A stretch of 33,894 nucleotides of DNA, taken from a virus. Taxonomy: Duplodnaviria > Caudoviricetes. Under the pieces are notes generated by a model. That model saw nothing but the letters and a program-made list of their open reading frames with translations. It was not told where the DNA came from and ran no database searches. The stretch is from positions 1-33,894 of IMG/VR virus record IMGVR_UViG_3300016649_000134. One strand, given 5' to 3'. The translations under genes and the position numbers were made by a program. Below, in pieces: positions 7,418-16,807 of the stretch; the stretch's first letter is position 1; each line of letters opens with the position of its first letter.

Positions 7418-9226
7418 TCATTCTCCGGGTTCGCATTCAACCAACACCGCGTTCGGCATTGTGAACCAGTATTTCGGCACCGGAACGTTTGCCGTCGTGC
7501 CATCTGAAATCGCAGGGAAATGCTCCACCATCGTAACGATGGAACCCGTCGCAATCGGCAAGGGAGAGATGGTCGCGTTGGGATAATTTGCCTGCGACAC
7601 TCCCGGAGCAATGAATCCCGTCGCGGAATTGTTGGTTTCTTCGATGAAGTTGAGTGCTGTTCCCGTTCGATCAAACGGCGCAATCGAAACCACCATCGGA
7701 CACGCCGCTGGCGTGGGTTCAACTTCTTCAAAGGTGTAACTCCACTTCCATCCGTCGCAGATTTCGGTGCTGCCCGTAATGCGAGCCGCGAACACTCGCG
7801 TATTCGGCGGGGCCGTATCCGCCATCACCGCGCCATTCCACAACCGACGAAGATGCGTCGTGCCCTTCGATAGCGTCAGTTGCTTCGGATCGGATTCCAT
7901 CATCCCGTCCGGGCCGAGCAGCCAATCGTCTTGATCGCAGTCCGTGATCGTCACCGGGACCAATTCGCCAGCACGAACGGACAGGCAGTACCGCAGCATC
8001 GTGCATCGGAAACTGCCCGTTGGCACTACCGCCCATCCACCCCACCCGATGCGACCGGACATCACCGAAGCCCGCGTCTGCAACAGGTTCACTACCTGCG
8101 TGACATACCCCGTGTAGTTCCATGATGGCGCGGTCGTTCCGAGGATCGCCGTTGCCGGGGTAAGCGGGGTCAATCCCGGCGTGCTGCTCGCCACCAACGG
8201 ACGCGGCTCCTTCAACAATCTCTTGCCAATGTTGGCTCGCGCTCGCCCGGTCGTGATCGTGCTTTCCCACCCAAACTCTTTCTCCGTCGCAAACATGAGC
8301 GTGGTGGAGTCGGTCGCCGTGTTGTTGTAGCGCGTCTTGCCCTCAACCGTCCGATACGGGAAGGACGTAGTAACCGCGTTCGGCATCATGTTGCGCTGCT
8401 GCGCCGCATTGCCGTACCACAAGGTTGCCAGCGGTTCGGTCGGGCTAAAGGTGTTCGCGGGTGGTTGCGCTCCGCCTGCATAGGCAACCTTGTTGCTGGT
8501 CATCCACGAATTGAGCGTGGACGCATCACCACCAACTGGGACCAGCGTGTAGGTGTTCGTCGCCGCATCCCATTGCACCATGAACCCGGTCGCTGCTGCC
8601 AGCGTGTCAATCGCCATCGCAATGGAGCATTCCGGCGTAAGCACGAAGTCGGTCAACCGATTGATAAGCAGGGAATTAGCGGAATAACTGCCAAGCCCAA
8701 TCGTTCCCGGCAATCCCGCTGAAGTGATTGCGGTAATGAGCGCGCTCATCAATCCCGATGGCGTTCCCGACGTTGCTGCCTTGATTCCCCATCGACCGTC
8801 CGCGCTGCGAAGCGTGCCTTGAATCGGTACCGCGTTGAGCGTGTTCGCCTGTGACTGCGACCACCACCAACGCGCATCGACCGCCTCCACCACCGCCACA
8901 CCTGCGCCGCCCGCGACCATGTAAAGCGGTCGCGGCGGAAGCAGCCATACGTCCATCGTCATGGCCGTCGCGGTGTTGTTCTCCTGCCATGTGAACGTCG
9001 CGCTGGGGTTGGCTCCATCCGAAACGCTGTTATAAAGCGCGGTCAACTGATCCTGCGCCACCAACACCCGGATGCGAGCGTGCCGCGTCGCCCCCGATGG
9101 GATTTCAACGCTAAACAGGTCGCCCGGTTCTACGCCAACGCTCGCGGCAAGGTCTAGCAAGTCACCGTCCGGCACGCGGGCCGGGATGATCGTGCTGCTG
9201 GACGTAGTGAAGTACGCCTGAATCAT
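7418..9226 (-). CDS. Tail tip/baseplate protein (602 aa)
   Basis: Long Thr/Ala/Gly-rich ORF, second gene after the tape measure; ATGA overlap. Confidence 0.6.
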   Translation of the reverse strand: MIQAYFTTSSSTIIPARVPDGDLLDLAASVGVEPGDLFSVEIPSGATRHARIRVLVAQDQLTALYNSVSDGANPSATFTWQENNTATAMTMDVWLLPPRPLYMVAGGAGVAVVEAVDARWWWSQSQANTLNAVPIQGTLRSADGRWGIKAATSGTPSGLMSALITAITSAGLPGTIGLGSYSANSLLINRLTDFVLTPECSIAMAIDTLAAATGFMVQWDAATNTYTLVPVGGDASTLNSWMTSNKVAYAGGAQPPANTFSPTEPLATLWYGNAAQQRNMMPNAVTTSFPYRTVEGKTRYNNTATDSTTLMFATEKEFGWESTITTGRARANIGKRLLKEPRPLVASSTPGLTPLTPATAILGTTAPSWNYTGYVTQVVNLLQTRASVMSGRIGWGGWAVVPTGSFRCTMLRYCLSVRAGELVPVTITDCDQDDWLLGPDGMMESDPKQLTLSKGTTHLRRLWNGAVMADTAPPNTRVFAARITGSTEICDGWKWSYTFEEVEPTPAACPMVVSIAPFDRTGTALNFIEETNNSATGFIAPGVSQANYPNATISPLPIATGSIVTMVEHFPAISDGTTANVPVPKYWFTMPNAVLVECEPGE

Positions 9227-11061
9227 GTCACCAACGTATCCGTGGAGACTTGATACTGCTGCCGAGAATCCAATGCCGCCGCAAGGCTGCTAGAAGTCGG
9301 AACGTCACTTGCCACCGTGGTTGCTGGCGACACGGGAGGGAGAAGCCCGCTATTCGGGGTAGACCAGCGACGAACGAACGCGCCGCTTGGGGCCGTGAAC
9401 GTGCTAAAGCCAACCGTGCTGCCTGCGCCTACGTCATAGGTCACGTAGGACCGGGTAAACACGCCGCTAAACAGGCGGTTCCCCTGCGGGTCATACTTTC
9501 CATGCGACACGCGCCAATCCTCATTGGCAAGGTACGCCTGCTCAGGAAGCGGTCGCTGATACCGTGGCGGGGCTTGGTTCATCCGCGACACTTCGATGTA
9601 TTCAGTCACCACCGCCGTAGGCTTGCGCGTTTGGAACAGCAGGTCCGGCGCATCGACGTACATGGGAGACAACCGGACGATGCCGGGGTCCACCGTGGTC
9701 TTGGTGTGACCGTGGGTATCCCCGATTGCAGTAGTGAATCCGCTCACGGATGCGGGCTGCGCCTGCGTTCCGCTGAACGCGCCGCCCAACTCCGTATTCA
9801 TCAAGTTCACGCCATCGGCGTTACTAATGATCGCAACATCGACCGGGCCATAGGTGTTGGCTTTGGGGATCGTGAATAACGCCGCCTGCGGCATGGTCCC
9901 GCCCGTGTTCGCCATGCCGTCGATCAGGTTGTTCACGAAATACGGCATCATCGCGTACTGCGATTCCACCCCATCAACCAACAGGGACGAACCGTACGGC
10001 GGGGCTTCCCGAATCTCCGTGCGCGTGATCGTAAACTGGTTGCCCACCATGTAGGCCAGCCCGAGAATGCTTGTGCTGCCAGCCGAATCGCTGCCCTTCG
10101 GCTGCACCATCGCGTCCAGTTCAAACCGGATCGAAAACCCGGTCAGAAGTTCGCGCTCCTCAACCCGTAGGCGCGTAATCCAAGTCTGCTGGAAGTTCAG
10201 GTCTACCCGCGTCTTGGCAAGTTCGACTGCCGCTTCGACGAGTTTCCGGTTGCCCGTCGTGCCCGTGATGTTCTTCAACCCCTGCTCGCCTTCTAGTTCG
10301 CAGGAAAACTGAATCGTGGCAAGCGTTGCATTCTGCATCGACCGCTCGTAGACGCAGTTCATGTTCCCAACCTTCACCCCGTCCGGAAGGTCATGGGTGT
10401 GCCACTTGTCCGTGAACGAGTAGGTGAGCATCGTGCCCAACTCGTCCAACGCAAACTCCTGCCCCTCGCGCCGCCAGCCCGGACCCGGAACGGGCGGGAT
10501 GATCGCATTTCGGAACAGGTCGGCATACGCTACGCGCCCGGTCCACGATGCGGGACTTGTCGGCGCAGTCGTAGAGCCTCCCGATGTGCTGCGCGTGATG
10601 TGCAGCGTGCCGTTCACGGTTCGCGTCGGCTTCCCGGCTGCGTCCATTGACATCCGCTGCGTCCAACGGTGCGCGGTCACAGTCTGATTGCCGTTGAACG
10701 TCACGTGGTTCTCAATCTCAAACCGCATCAACGCCGTCTGCGTGCCCACGATTTCCGTTGTCTCCACCTTTGCCGTAGGCCATCCTCGTGCGTCGGTGGA
10801 TGCCGAGAACAAGGCTTGACCATTGACTGTGAGCGAAGCCGTGTTCAACCTGCCCGCCGAGTCTCGCAACGTGTTGAGGAACGTGCTGTAGTTCGTCGTG
10901 CCCGTGTTGACGATGGCCGTTCCGCGCACCATGCGCTTCTGCTCTGTCACGATCTGCGTTCCTTCGGCATAGATCGGGTCGCAGTTGTAGGCATCCACTT
11001 GCACGTTGCTAAAGGTCGCAGTAGCCCCCGTGGACAACTGCATAATCAGGGTGCTTGGCAT
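9223..11061 (-). CDS. Distal tail/hub protein (612 aa)
   Basis: Thr-rich, beta-type composition; directly downstream of the tape-measure-like gene. Confidence 0.6.
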   Translation of the reverse strand: MPSTLIMQLSTGATATFSNVQVDAYNCDPIYAEGTQIVTEQKRMVRGTAIVNTGTTNYSTFLNTLRDSAGRLNTASLTVNGQALFSASTDARGWPTAKVETTEIVGTQTALMRFEIENHVTFNGNQTVTAHRWTQRMSMDAAGKPTRTVNGTLHITRSTSGGSTTAPTSPASWTGRVAYADLFRNAIIPPVPGPGWRREGQEFALDELGTMLTYSFTDKWHTHDLPDGVKVGNMNCVYERSMQNATLATIQFSCELEGEQGLKNITGTTGNRKLVEAAVELAKTRVDLNFQQTWITRLRVEERELLTGFSIRFELDAMVQPKGSDSAGSTSILGLAYMVGNQFTITRTEIREAPPYGSSLLVDGVESQYAMMPYFVNNLIDGMANTGGTMPQAALFTIPKANTYGPVDVAIISNADGVNLMNTELGGAFSGTQAQPASVSGFTTAIGDTHGHTKTTVDPGIVRLSPMYVDAPDLLFQTRKPTAVVTEYIEVSRMNQAPPRYQRPLPEQAYLANEDWRVSHGKYDPQGNRLFSGVFTRSYVTYDVGAGSTVGFSTFTAPSGAFVRRWSTPNSGLLPPVSPATTVASDVPTSSSLAAALDSRQQYQVSTDTLVT

Positions 11062-11062
11062 C

Positions 11063-12061
11063 TCAATACACCTTTCCGGTCATAGCGCGGATGTCCGCTT
11101 GAAACCACGCATTGACATCGTTAGGGTCGGCTTCGTTCGTCTTGCGCGTGTTGTCCTCAATGATGCCGAGATACTTCAACACCTCGCGCAAGCCGTACAA
11201 CGCGCTTCCCGGCAGGGCGGCATCAAGCAGGTATCGGAATGGGGCTTCCAACGCTTCCGCCATCCGCGAAGGAATGTTCATTATGAACAGCACGGCAGTT
11301 CCCAAGTGATACAACATCCCCGTAAGCACGGAAAACGCCTGTGAAAGTGACGCGGTAAAGCGGCCAAGTTCACGGTTGAAGAACGCCTGCATTTCGATTT
11401 CGTACGTTTGGGTCCGAAGTACGCGTGCGTACAGTTTCCCGTTCTCTGCGGCTTCATCCATCGCCAGTTGCAGTTTGAGGAACTGCTGTCGCAGCAATTC
11501 AAACTGCACGCGCCCGCTATAGGTGCCAACGGCTTCTACGCGCTTGGCCGTGAAGTCTGCCGATGCACGAAGCCCCGCGAGCGCAAGCGATGCCACGGAC
11601 CCGACAATCGACAGGCGATACAACGCCTTGTCCAACACCTTGCCAGTCCTGCCAAGCGCGTTGATAGTCGTACTGGTCGCTGTGCCTTCGCGCATGAGTT
11701 GCGCGTAGCCGCCCATCGTTGGCGCACGAAAGAAGCCCACTAGTTCCGACCGAAGGCTGCTTGCAAAGCCCGCAGCGCGTGCGCGGTCTACCTGCATCGC
11801 CACCATGCCCGATGCTACCGTGCGCTTGACATCGCTAAAGGCTTGATACCGATTGCTCACCGCTCCTGCCACAAACCCAACCGCCGAAGAAATGCGGTCC
11901 TGCATAGCCGTCAGCGGCCCAAGCAGTCGATTTCCAATGCTCGTCTGAAAGCCACCCGCAACGCCGCCCGGACCACCGCCGACGTTGCCGCTACCCGCTC
12001 CACCCCCGCCCCCGCCGCCAAGTTCGCGGATGTTGATGCTGATTGTTCCTAGATCCTCCAC
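11063..12061 (-). CDS. Short tape-measure-like protein (~332 aa)
   Basis: EDLGTISINIRE N-terminus, Ala/Gly-rich helical body with hydrophobic stretches; GGAGGT SD before GTG 12061; position after the chaperones. Confidence 0.6.
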   Translation of the reverse strand: MEDLGTISINIRELGGGGGGGAGSGNVGGGPGGVAGGFQTSIGNRLLGPLTAMQDRISSAVGFVAGAVSNRYQAFSDVKRTVASGMVAMQVDRARAAGFASSLRSELVGFFRAPTMGGYAQLMREGTATSTTINALGRTGKVLDKALYRLSIVGSVASLALAGLRASADFTAKRVEAVGTYSGRVQFELLRQQFLKLQLAMDEAAENGKLYARVLRTQTYEIEMQAFFNRELGRFTASLSQAFSVLTGMLYHLGTAVLFIMNIPSRMAEALEAPFRYLLDAALPGSALYGLREVLKYLGIIEDNTRKTNEADPNDVNAWFQADIRAMTGKVY

Positions 12062-12063
12062 GG

Positions 12064-12522
12064 CTACTTCACCTCCCAATCCATCTCATAGCCGAACTCG
12101 TAGGTGTCTTTCAGCGTCAGCCACCCCTCCAGTTCCGGCACCGCCTGCACCGTGCCGCCGTTGCGGAACGTCATCGGCACCACCATGCGACCGCCGAAGG
12201 TGCGCTGCACCAGCCATTCGCGCAGGACATCCGCGAACTGCTGGATGCCTTCCGAACCTGCGATGCGGTACGTGCCGCGCATCACCGGATCGGCCATGCC
12301 GCGCCACCACACCACCATGTCCACGTTGGTCCGAATCAGCCCCACCCCGCTGTTCGGATGCGCTGCCGTGTCCGGGCCGGGAACAATCTGTACCGCGTAC
12401 TGCCCCACCATGTCATCAATCGGGGCTTCCACGATGTAGACGTTCGACCCGTAGCCGCGCTCTTGCATCCACTCCGCGAGTCGGTCGCGCACTTCAAACA
12501 GGATTTCGCCCGTGTTCGTCAT
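12064..12522 (-). CDS. Putative tail completion/terminator protein
   Basis: 152 aa; N-terminal helix then strands ending ...TYEFGYEMDW; tail module context. Confidence 0.5.
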   Translation of the reverse strand: MTNTGEILFEVRDRLAEWMQERGYGSNVYIVEAPIDDMVGQYAVQIVPGPDTAAHPNSGVGLIRTNVDMVVWWRGMADPVMRGTYRIAGSEGIQQFADVLREWLVQRTFGGRMVVPMTFRNGGTVQAVPELEGWLTLKDTYEFGYEMDWEVK

Positions 12523-12773
12523 CGCGCCTGCCTCATGGAGTCGATTTCAACCTTCTGCGCAAGGCGACTGCTGCCCGTCGCGGCATAGACCATTGAAGCC
12601 ATCTGCTTCCCATCACCGAACGCCATCGAAATAGCGCGAGCAAATACAAGTGCTTGCGCTGCTTCGACTGCGGGGATGTTCGCCATGAGGCCCATCGCCG
12701 TGTCCTTGTCGAACTCTGTCGGCGGTCGCCCGTAGACGCTCACGAACCGGGCTACCGCCTTCAGCCGTTTCCC
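12519..12773 (-). CDS. Tail assembly chaperone, -1 frameshifted extension (GT-like)
   Basis: The -1 frame is open from GGGAAAC: GKRLKAVARFVSVYGRPPTEFDKD...; no clear SD before the GTG at 12743. Confidence 0.7.
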   Translation of the reverse strand, partial: GKRLKAVARFVSVYGRPPTEFDKDTAMGLMANIPAVEAAQALVFARAISMAFGDGKQMASMVYAATGSSRLAQKVEIDSMRQAR

Positions 12774-13024
12774 GCCTGCTCCACCCTCTGCGCTGCACGC
12801 GCATACGCGGCGAACAACTGCGCGTCCGTCGCGCCCTTCGCTACGTCTGCCGTGCGGCTTGCCTCGCGCATAGCGCGAGCAAGTTCCGGCACGCCGGGGT
12901 TCTGCCCACCGTTGATCGCCTGAAGCGTTGCGGTCACTTCGTTGAACTGAAACACCAGTCGCCCGTTGGGAAGCGACACGGCGAACAGCATCGGATCGTC
13001 GTTTTCGGTCAGTTCGATGGCCAT
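12761..13024 (-). CDS. Tail assembly chaperone (G-like, 87 aa)
   Basis: MAIELTENDD...; TAATG overlap with the tail tube gene; ends GCG GGA AAC GGC TGA. Confidence 0.7.
   Translation of the reverse strand: MAIELTENDDPMLFAVSLPNGRLVFQFNEVTATLQAINGGQNPGVPELARAMREASRTADVAKGATDAQLFAAYARAAQRVEQAGNG
12767..12773 (-). promoter_or_regulatory. -1 ribosomal frameshift slippery heptamer G GGA AAC
   Basis: X XXY YYZ in the correct phase, one codon before the stop. Confidence 0.75.
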
Positions 13025-13524
13025 TAGGAAACCGTCGTGTAGGAGTAGAGAAGGTTGGTGGAGGGGTTCGGGATGCAATGGAAGTTCAGCGCAAGCACGC
13101 GCTCGCGGTTGCCCCATTGGGAATCCGAAATGCCGTCAGAACGCAGGAATGCGTGGGTAAAGGTGTAGCCGACATTGCCCGCCGCCACCGAACGGATGCG
13201 CAGCCCGAAGAACCCGTTGCTGCTCACCAACTGGCGACCGACCACCGGGGTAAATGCGTTGCCGCGATTATCCGTCAGCAGGCTGGTTAGAACGTCGGCA
13301 TCCCACTTGACCAGCGCGCAAGTCACGATGGCTTCGGTGTTCTGCATGACGATTTCCTCCGGCACCGCGCCGCTGGAAACCGTCTTGACTTCGTGGCGAT
13401 GATCCGTGAACGCAATGGACGGCAGGTTGTCGTTGTCCGACCGCCCAAGTTCCGTGTACGTGCCGCTGTTGGCCGTATCAACGGAGATGATCGTGGGTCC
13501 GGGGACGTACAGGGAAATAGCCAT
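13024..13524 (-). CDS. Putative tail tube (major tail) protein
   Basis: 166 aa with the ELGRS...beta-rich pattern typical of tube proteins; directly upstream of the chaperone pair. Confidence 0.65.
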   Translation of the reverse strand: MAISLYVPGPTIISVDTANSGTYTELGRSDNDNLPSIAFTDHRHEVKTVSSGAVPEEIVMQNTEAIVTCALVKWDADVLTSLLTDNRGNAFTPVVGRQLVSSNGFFGLRIRSVAAGNVGYTFTHAFLRSDGISDSQWGNRERVLALNFHCIPNPSTNLLYSYTTVS

Positions 13525-13527
13525 AGT

Positions 13528-14154
13528 TCAAGTCCTCTTGAGGATGGATCGTAGTCCGAGATAGATGCTCTTTCCAACTGCGGTCATTTCTTCTCGCGTC
13601 GGAAGAAGGAACGGTCGCGCTGGCACCTTCACACCCCTCCGTGCCAGCAGGTAGTCGCGCCCCTCCGCGAAGCCTTCCTTGCCGGGGTCGTTGCCCGTGC
13701 CGTGGCCGCGCTTGGCCGCAAGGGTGAGGGGGATGTAGTTGGTGCGCTTGGTCGTAATCCCCTTGTCTTGGTACAGCGCATATTTGGGGCCGCGCAGGGT
13801 CACCTTGATGCTGCTGCGACTGGCTTTACCCGTGGCCGTCAGACTGCCGTAGAGCAGTCCGCTGTCCCGAAGGGGCTGTTGCCCATTCCGGTAGCCCGGA
13901 ACGCGCACAAGGTATTCCGTACGTCCTGAAGCAGTTTGGCGAGTCTTGACCACCGTACCGCCCTTCACGGGCTTGCTCGTCCAAAACTCGCCGTACAGGG
14001 GCTTTAGCGGGGCGTAAGCGACTGCCTGCCCGCCCGCGCCCCGGCCCTGCGAACGGTCGATATGGTCTTTCATGTAAAACGCGACAATCTGCGCGATGCC
14101 CGCCGCCACGGACGGGTCGCCCAACGCCTGCCGCACCCGGCTACGCCAGTTCAC
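13528..14154 (-). CDS. Virion morphogenesis/neck protein (Mu gpG-like)
   Basis: PLRDSGLLYGSL, KYALYQDKG and VPARPFL motifs; GTGA overlap at 14154. Confidence 0.8.
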   Translation of the reverse strand: MNWRSRVRQALGDPSVAAGIAQIVAFYMKDHIDRSQGRGAGGQAVAYAPLKPLYGEFWTSKPVKGGTVVKTRQTASGRTEYLVRVPGYRNGQQPLRDSGLLYGSLTATGKASRSSIKVTLRGPKYALYQDKGITTKRTNYIPLTLAAKRGHGTGNDPGKEGFAEGRDYLLARRGVKVPARPFLLPTREEMTAVGKSIYLGLRSILKRT

Positions 14155-14636
14155 GGGAAGGCCGTGGGTCGGCGGGGCGGGAAGAATTGCGAGTTGGACA
14201 CTTGGTTGTACCACCCGGTCACGGCAGAACCCACCGCCTTGACTACGGGCGTACCCGCGTCCGCGTTCGCGCCCACGGAGCCGAACAGCATCTTGCCGTC
14301 TCGCAGCCCCTCCAGCATCGAATACGTCTGCTTGATGCGCTGTTCAATCGCGGGGGTCAACTTGGACCCGCGCCGCTGAAACAGGAACTCCGTCGCAAGG
14401 TCTACCGCCATCGTGACCAGCAACGGATCGTCTGCCGCGTCCAACGCAGCCAGTTCTACATCGGTGTAAATGTTGCCCACCCGGACATAGGACCGGATGA
14501 TTGCCGTAGCGCGATCAAGCGCGTGCGTGGTCATCGGGTTCGGCCCCGGCATCGGGGTGCCCGCGTCGCCACACAACTGCGCGATGATGTTCTGATCCAG
14601 CGCAGCCTCTAGGTCGGCGTAATCAGCGTATGCCAT
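14151..14636 (-). CDS. Head-tail adaptor (Mu gp36/DUF1320-like)
   Basis: MAYADYADLEA...ALDRATAIIRSY...DLATEFLFQRR...LEGLRDGK. Confidence 0.8.
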   Translation of the reverse strand: MAYADYADLEAALDQNIIAQLCGDAGTPMPGPNPMTTHALDRATAIIRSYVRVGNIYTDVELAALDAADDPLLVTMAVDLATEFLFQRRGSKLTPAIEQRIKQTYSMLEGLRDGKMLFGSVGANADAGTPVVKAVGSAVTGWYNQVSNSQFFPPRRPTAFP

Positions 14637-14660
14637 CGTGCCGCCTTTCAGAAGCCGGGG

Positions 14661-14682
14661 AGGGGGGGCCGAAGCCCCCCCC
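14661..14682 (-). terminator. UUCG hairpin after the capsid gene (attenuator or mRNA stabiliser)
   Basis: GGGGGGGGC-UUCG-GCCCCCCCU; only a weak U-tract follows. Confidence 0.55.
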
Positions 14683-14706
14683 GCCCGTTGTCCGCTGCTT
14701 CACTTA

Positions 14707-15747
14707 TCAGTTCAGAACGTCCTGAATCAGATAGCCACCAACCGGGGCCACCACCGCAGCCACCGAGTTGTCGATCACGCGACCCTCAATGCGACGGTTC
14801 ATCGGGTCGTTGAACTGCTCCACGGTCATGTCCTCGTACGCGAAGATTTGGCACGTGCTGAAGGACGATGCGCCTTCAACGCCGACCAGTCCACCCGGAC
14901 GCGACACGAAGATGGCCGACTCGCCGTAGATGTACGAAGAAGTGAGCGTAGACGCACCCTTCTTGCTCGTCACCTTCACGGAGTCATCGACCACGACATC
15001 ACCCAGCCCGAACAGGGTCGGGGGAATGCCCCAGCGCGAGAACGTATCCGACCCCTGAAGGAACGACAGGGCGGCGGGGTAGTTCTTGACGTAATCACGA
15101 ACCTCTGCCGACTGCGCAATCGCGTTCGCCACGGTCGGGGAAATGACCATGATGAGTTGATTCGGAGCAATCGCGCCACCGCTTGACAGGCTCACCTGCC
15201 GCATGACCGCCTGAATGGAGGTCTGAATGTTGATCGCGCCCGTCGTAGTGCTGTTCCAGTAACCAGCCGCCGAGATAGGCGAAGCCGTGGGGTTCGCAAC
15301 GTAGTTGCTGCCCCAGTTGCCCGTATCAGTCAGGATCGCCGCCGCACGGTTCGTACGGGCGGTCATCGCCAACTGCGCCTTGCTGCGAGCGTGCTGCGCC
15401 ACGACATCCCACGCGGCCTGCGTCGCAGTCTCCTGCGGGATGTAGAAGGGGAACGCGAAACGCTGCGTTGCGTACTGAACGAAGTCAAACGCGTTCTGCT
15501 TACCCGTGGGGCGGTCGTTGCCCAGCGGCCAAGCAAACTCGCGGTCGCTCGTCAGACGAACGTTGTCCGGAACGTCCTGCCGCAGATAGTAACCCGTCAT
15601 CTTCGTGACGGGAACCAACTGCGCGTACCGGGTGAGAGCAAACGAGTTGACGCTTCGGGTGAACTCCACCTGAAGCGCACCCGTTGCATAATCATTGGTG
15701 GACGGGACGTACGTCGAAAGTCCACCACCGACAACAGAGAATGCCAT
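14707..15747 (-). CDS. Major capsid protein
   Basis: 346 aa; strong AGGAGG SD; follows protease and cement genes; PNQLIMVISP and PPTLFGL motifs typical of HK97-fold capsids. Confidence 0.85.
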   Translation of the reverse strand: MAFSVVGGGLSTYVPSTNDYATGALQVEFTRSVNSFALTRYAQLVPVTKMTGYYLRQDVPDNVRLTSDREFAWPLGNDRPTGKQNAFDFVQYATQRFAFPFYIPQETATQAAWDVVAQHARSKAQLAMTARTNRAAAILTDTGNWGSNYVANPTASPISAAGYWNSTTTGAINIQTSIQAVMRQVSLSSGGAIAPNQLIMVISPTVANAIAQSAEVRDYVKNYPAALSFLQGSDTFSRWGIPPTLFGLGDVVVDDSVKVTSKKGASTLTSSYIYGESAIFVSRPGGLVGVEGASSFSTCQIFAYEDMTVEQFNDPMNRRIEGRVIDNSVAAVVAPVGGYLIQDVLN

Positions 15748-15775
15748 TGTTTAGTCCTCCTTGTAGGTAATGGCT

Positions 15776-16168
15776 TTAGACAGCGCGAGTTCCGAATCGG
15801 AATGCGCGGATAATCTCACCTGCTGCGCTAGCAGTTTCAAGTGCCATGTAGTAACAGATGTTGCCACCCGCACCAGCGACCGCCCGACCGGACGAATCCG
15901 AAGTCAGGAGCGTTCCGATGGTGCTGATCACGTCGCCCGCCTCCACCTGCACCGTGTTCGACGGCTGAAGGGTGATCGGGTCGCCCGCCGCAGCGTGCAC
16001 GCTCGCATCAAATCGCTTAACGCTGCCATCCGTAACACCAAGCACGTTGTCAGACGCGGCGTTGGCCTGCTGGCCCGTGAACGCCGTAGAAGTGTTGATC
16101 TCCACGAAGCGGAACGGATTGATATTGCCGCTTGCAATGAAGTTCGGGGTGAATCCCATGTCAGACAT
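15776..16168 (-). CDS. Capsid cement/decoration protein (DUF2190-like)
   Basis: 130 aa; ASGNINPFRFV...VLGV...GRAV...ALETASAAGEII pattern; between protease and capsid. Confidence 0.75.
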   Translation of the reverse strand: MSDMGFTPNFIASGNINPFRFVEINTSTAFTGQQANAASDNVLGVTDGSVKRFDASVHAAAGDPITLQPSNTVQVEAGDVISTIGTLLTSDSSGRAVAGAGGNICYYMALETASAAGEIIRAFRFGTRAV

Positions 16169-16186
16169 TGGTAGTTCCTTTCCTGT

Positions 16187-16807
16187 TTACCGCTTGATGC
16201 GGCTGTTGATTGCCTTGGCGAACTCTTCAGGACGGCCAGCGAACTCGCGGACCATGCTGGAGATTTCGTTCTTGTTGATGTCCGTGCTGCTGGGCAGGGC
16301 GGCGCGGCTCATGTCGATACGCACGTTCATGGGATCGCGGGTGAACAGTTCCCGCCAACCCTCCAGCGTTCCCGCTGGATCATTGCTCGCCTGAAGTTCG
16401 GCAATCAGCCGGGGACGCTGGGCGGCGGGGATTCGGTACCCCTCGCTCTCCATGATGTCCAGTTCGCGGCCAAACTTCTCACGGCGGATTTCCGCCTTGA
16501 GCGAGTCCAGTTCGCGCTTCATCTTGGCGTTCTCGCGGCGCAGCGCAAAGGTGTCGGCGGAACCGGGACGGGCATACATACCCATCTCCTCTTCCTCCTC
16601 CTCCTCGTCACCGTGGGAGTCGATGTCAATATGCACGCCGTCGCCTTCGCCGGATTCCTCCGCGAACTGCTCCGTGAGCATATCTTCCGCCGCCATCTCC
16701 TCCTTCTCCTCCTCGTCCGAACCAAAGTGCTTCTTCATCATGGACTTGATTTCGTCCATGTCACACTTCAGCGCGGCGACTTCCTTCCGGATGTCATCGT
16801 CAGCCAT
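16187..16807 (-). CDS. Nested in-frame scaffolding protein (internal start)
   Basis: AAGGACACCAAC-ATG GCT GAC at 16807, at the protease/coiled-coil boundary. Confidence 0.55.
   Translation of the reverse strand: MADDDIRKEVAALKCDMDEIKSMMKKHFGSDEEEKEEMAAEDMLTEQFAEESGEGDGVHIDIDSHGDEEEEEEEMGMYARPGSADTFALRRENAKMKRELDSLKAEIRREKFGRELDIMESEGYRIPAAQRPRLIAELQASNDPAGTLEGWRELFTRDPMNVRIDMSRAALPSSTDINKNEISSMVREFAGRPEEFAKAINSRIKR

Noticed and set aside
13498-13524. Tail tube N-terminus SLYVPG resembling the STYVP(G/S) capsid/protease peptide
   Set aside because: Only 4-5 residues match, which is compatible with chance
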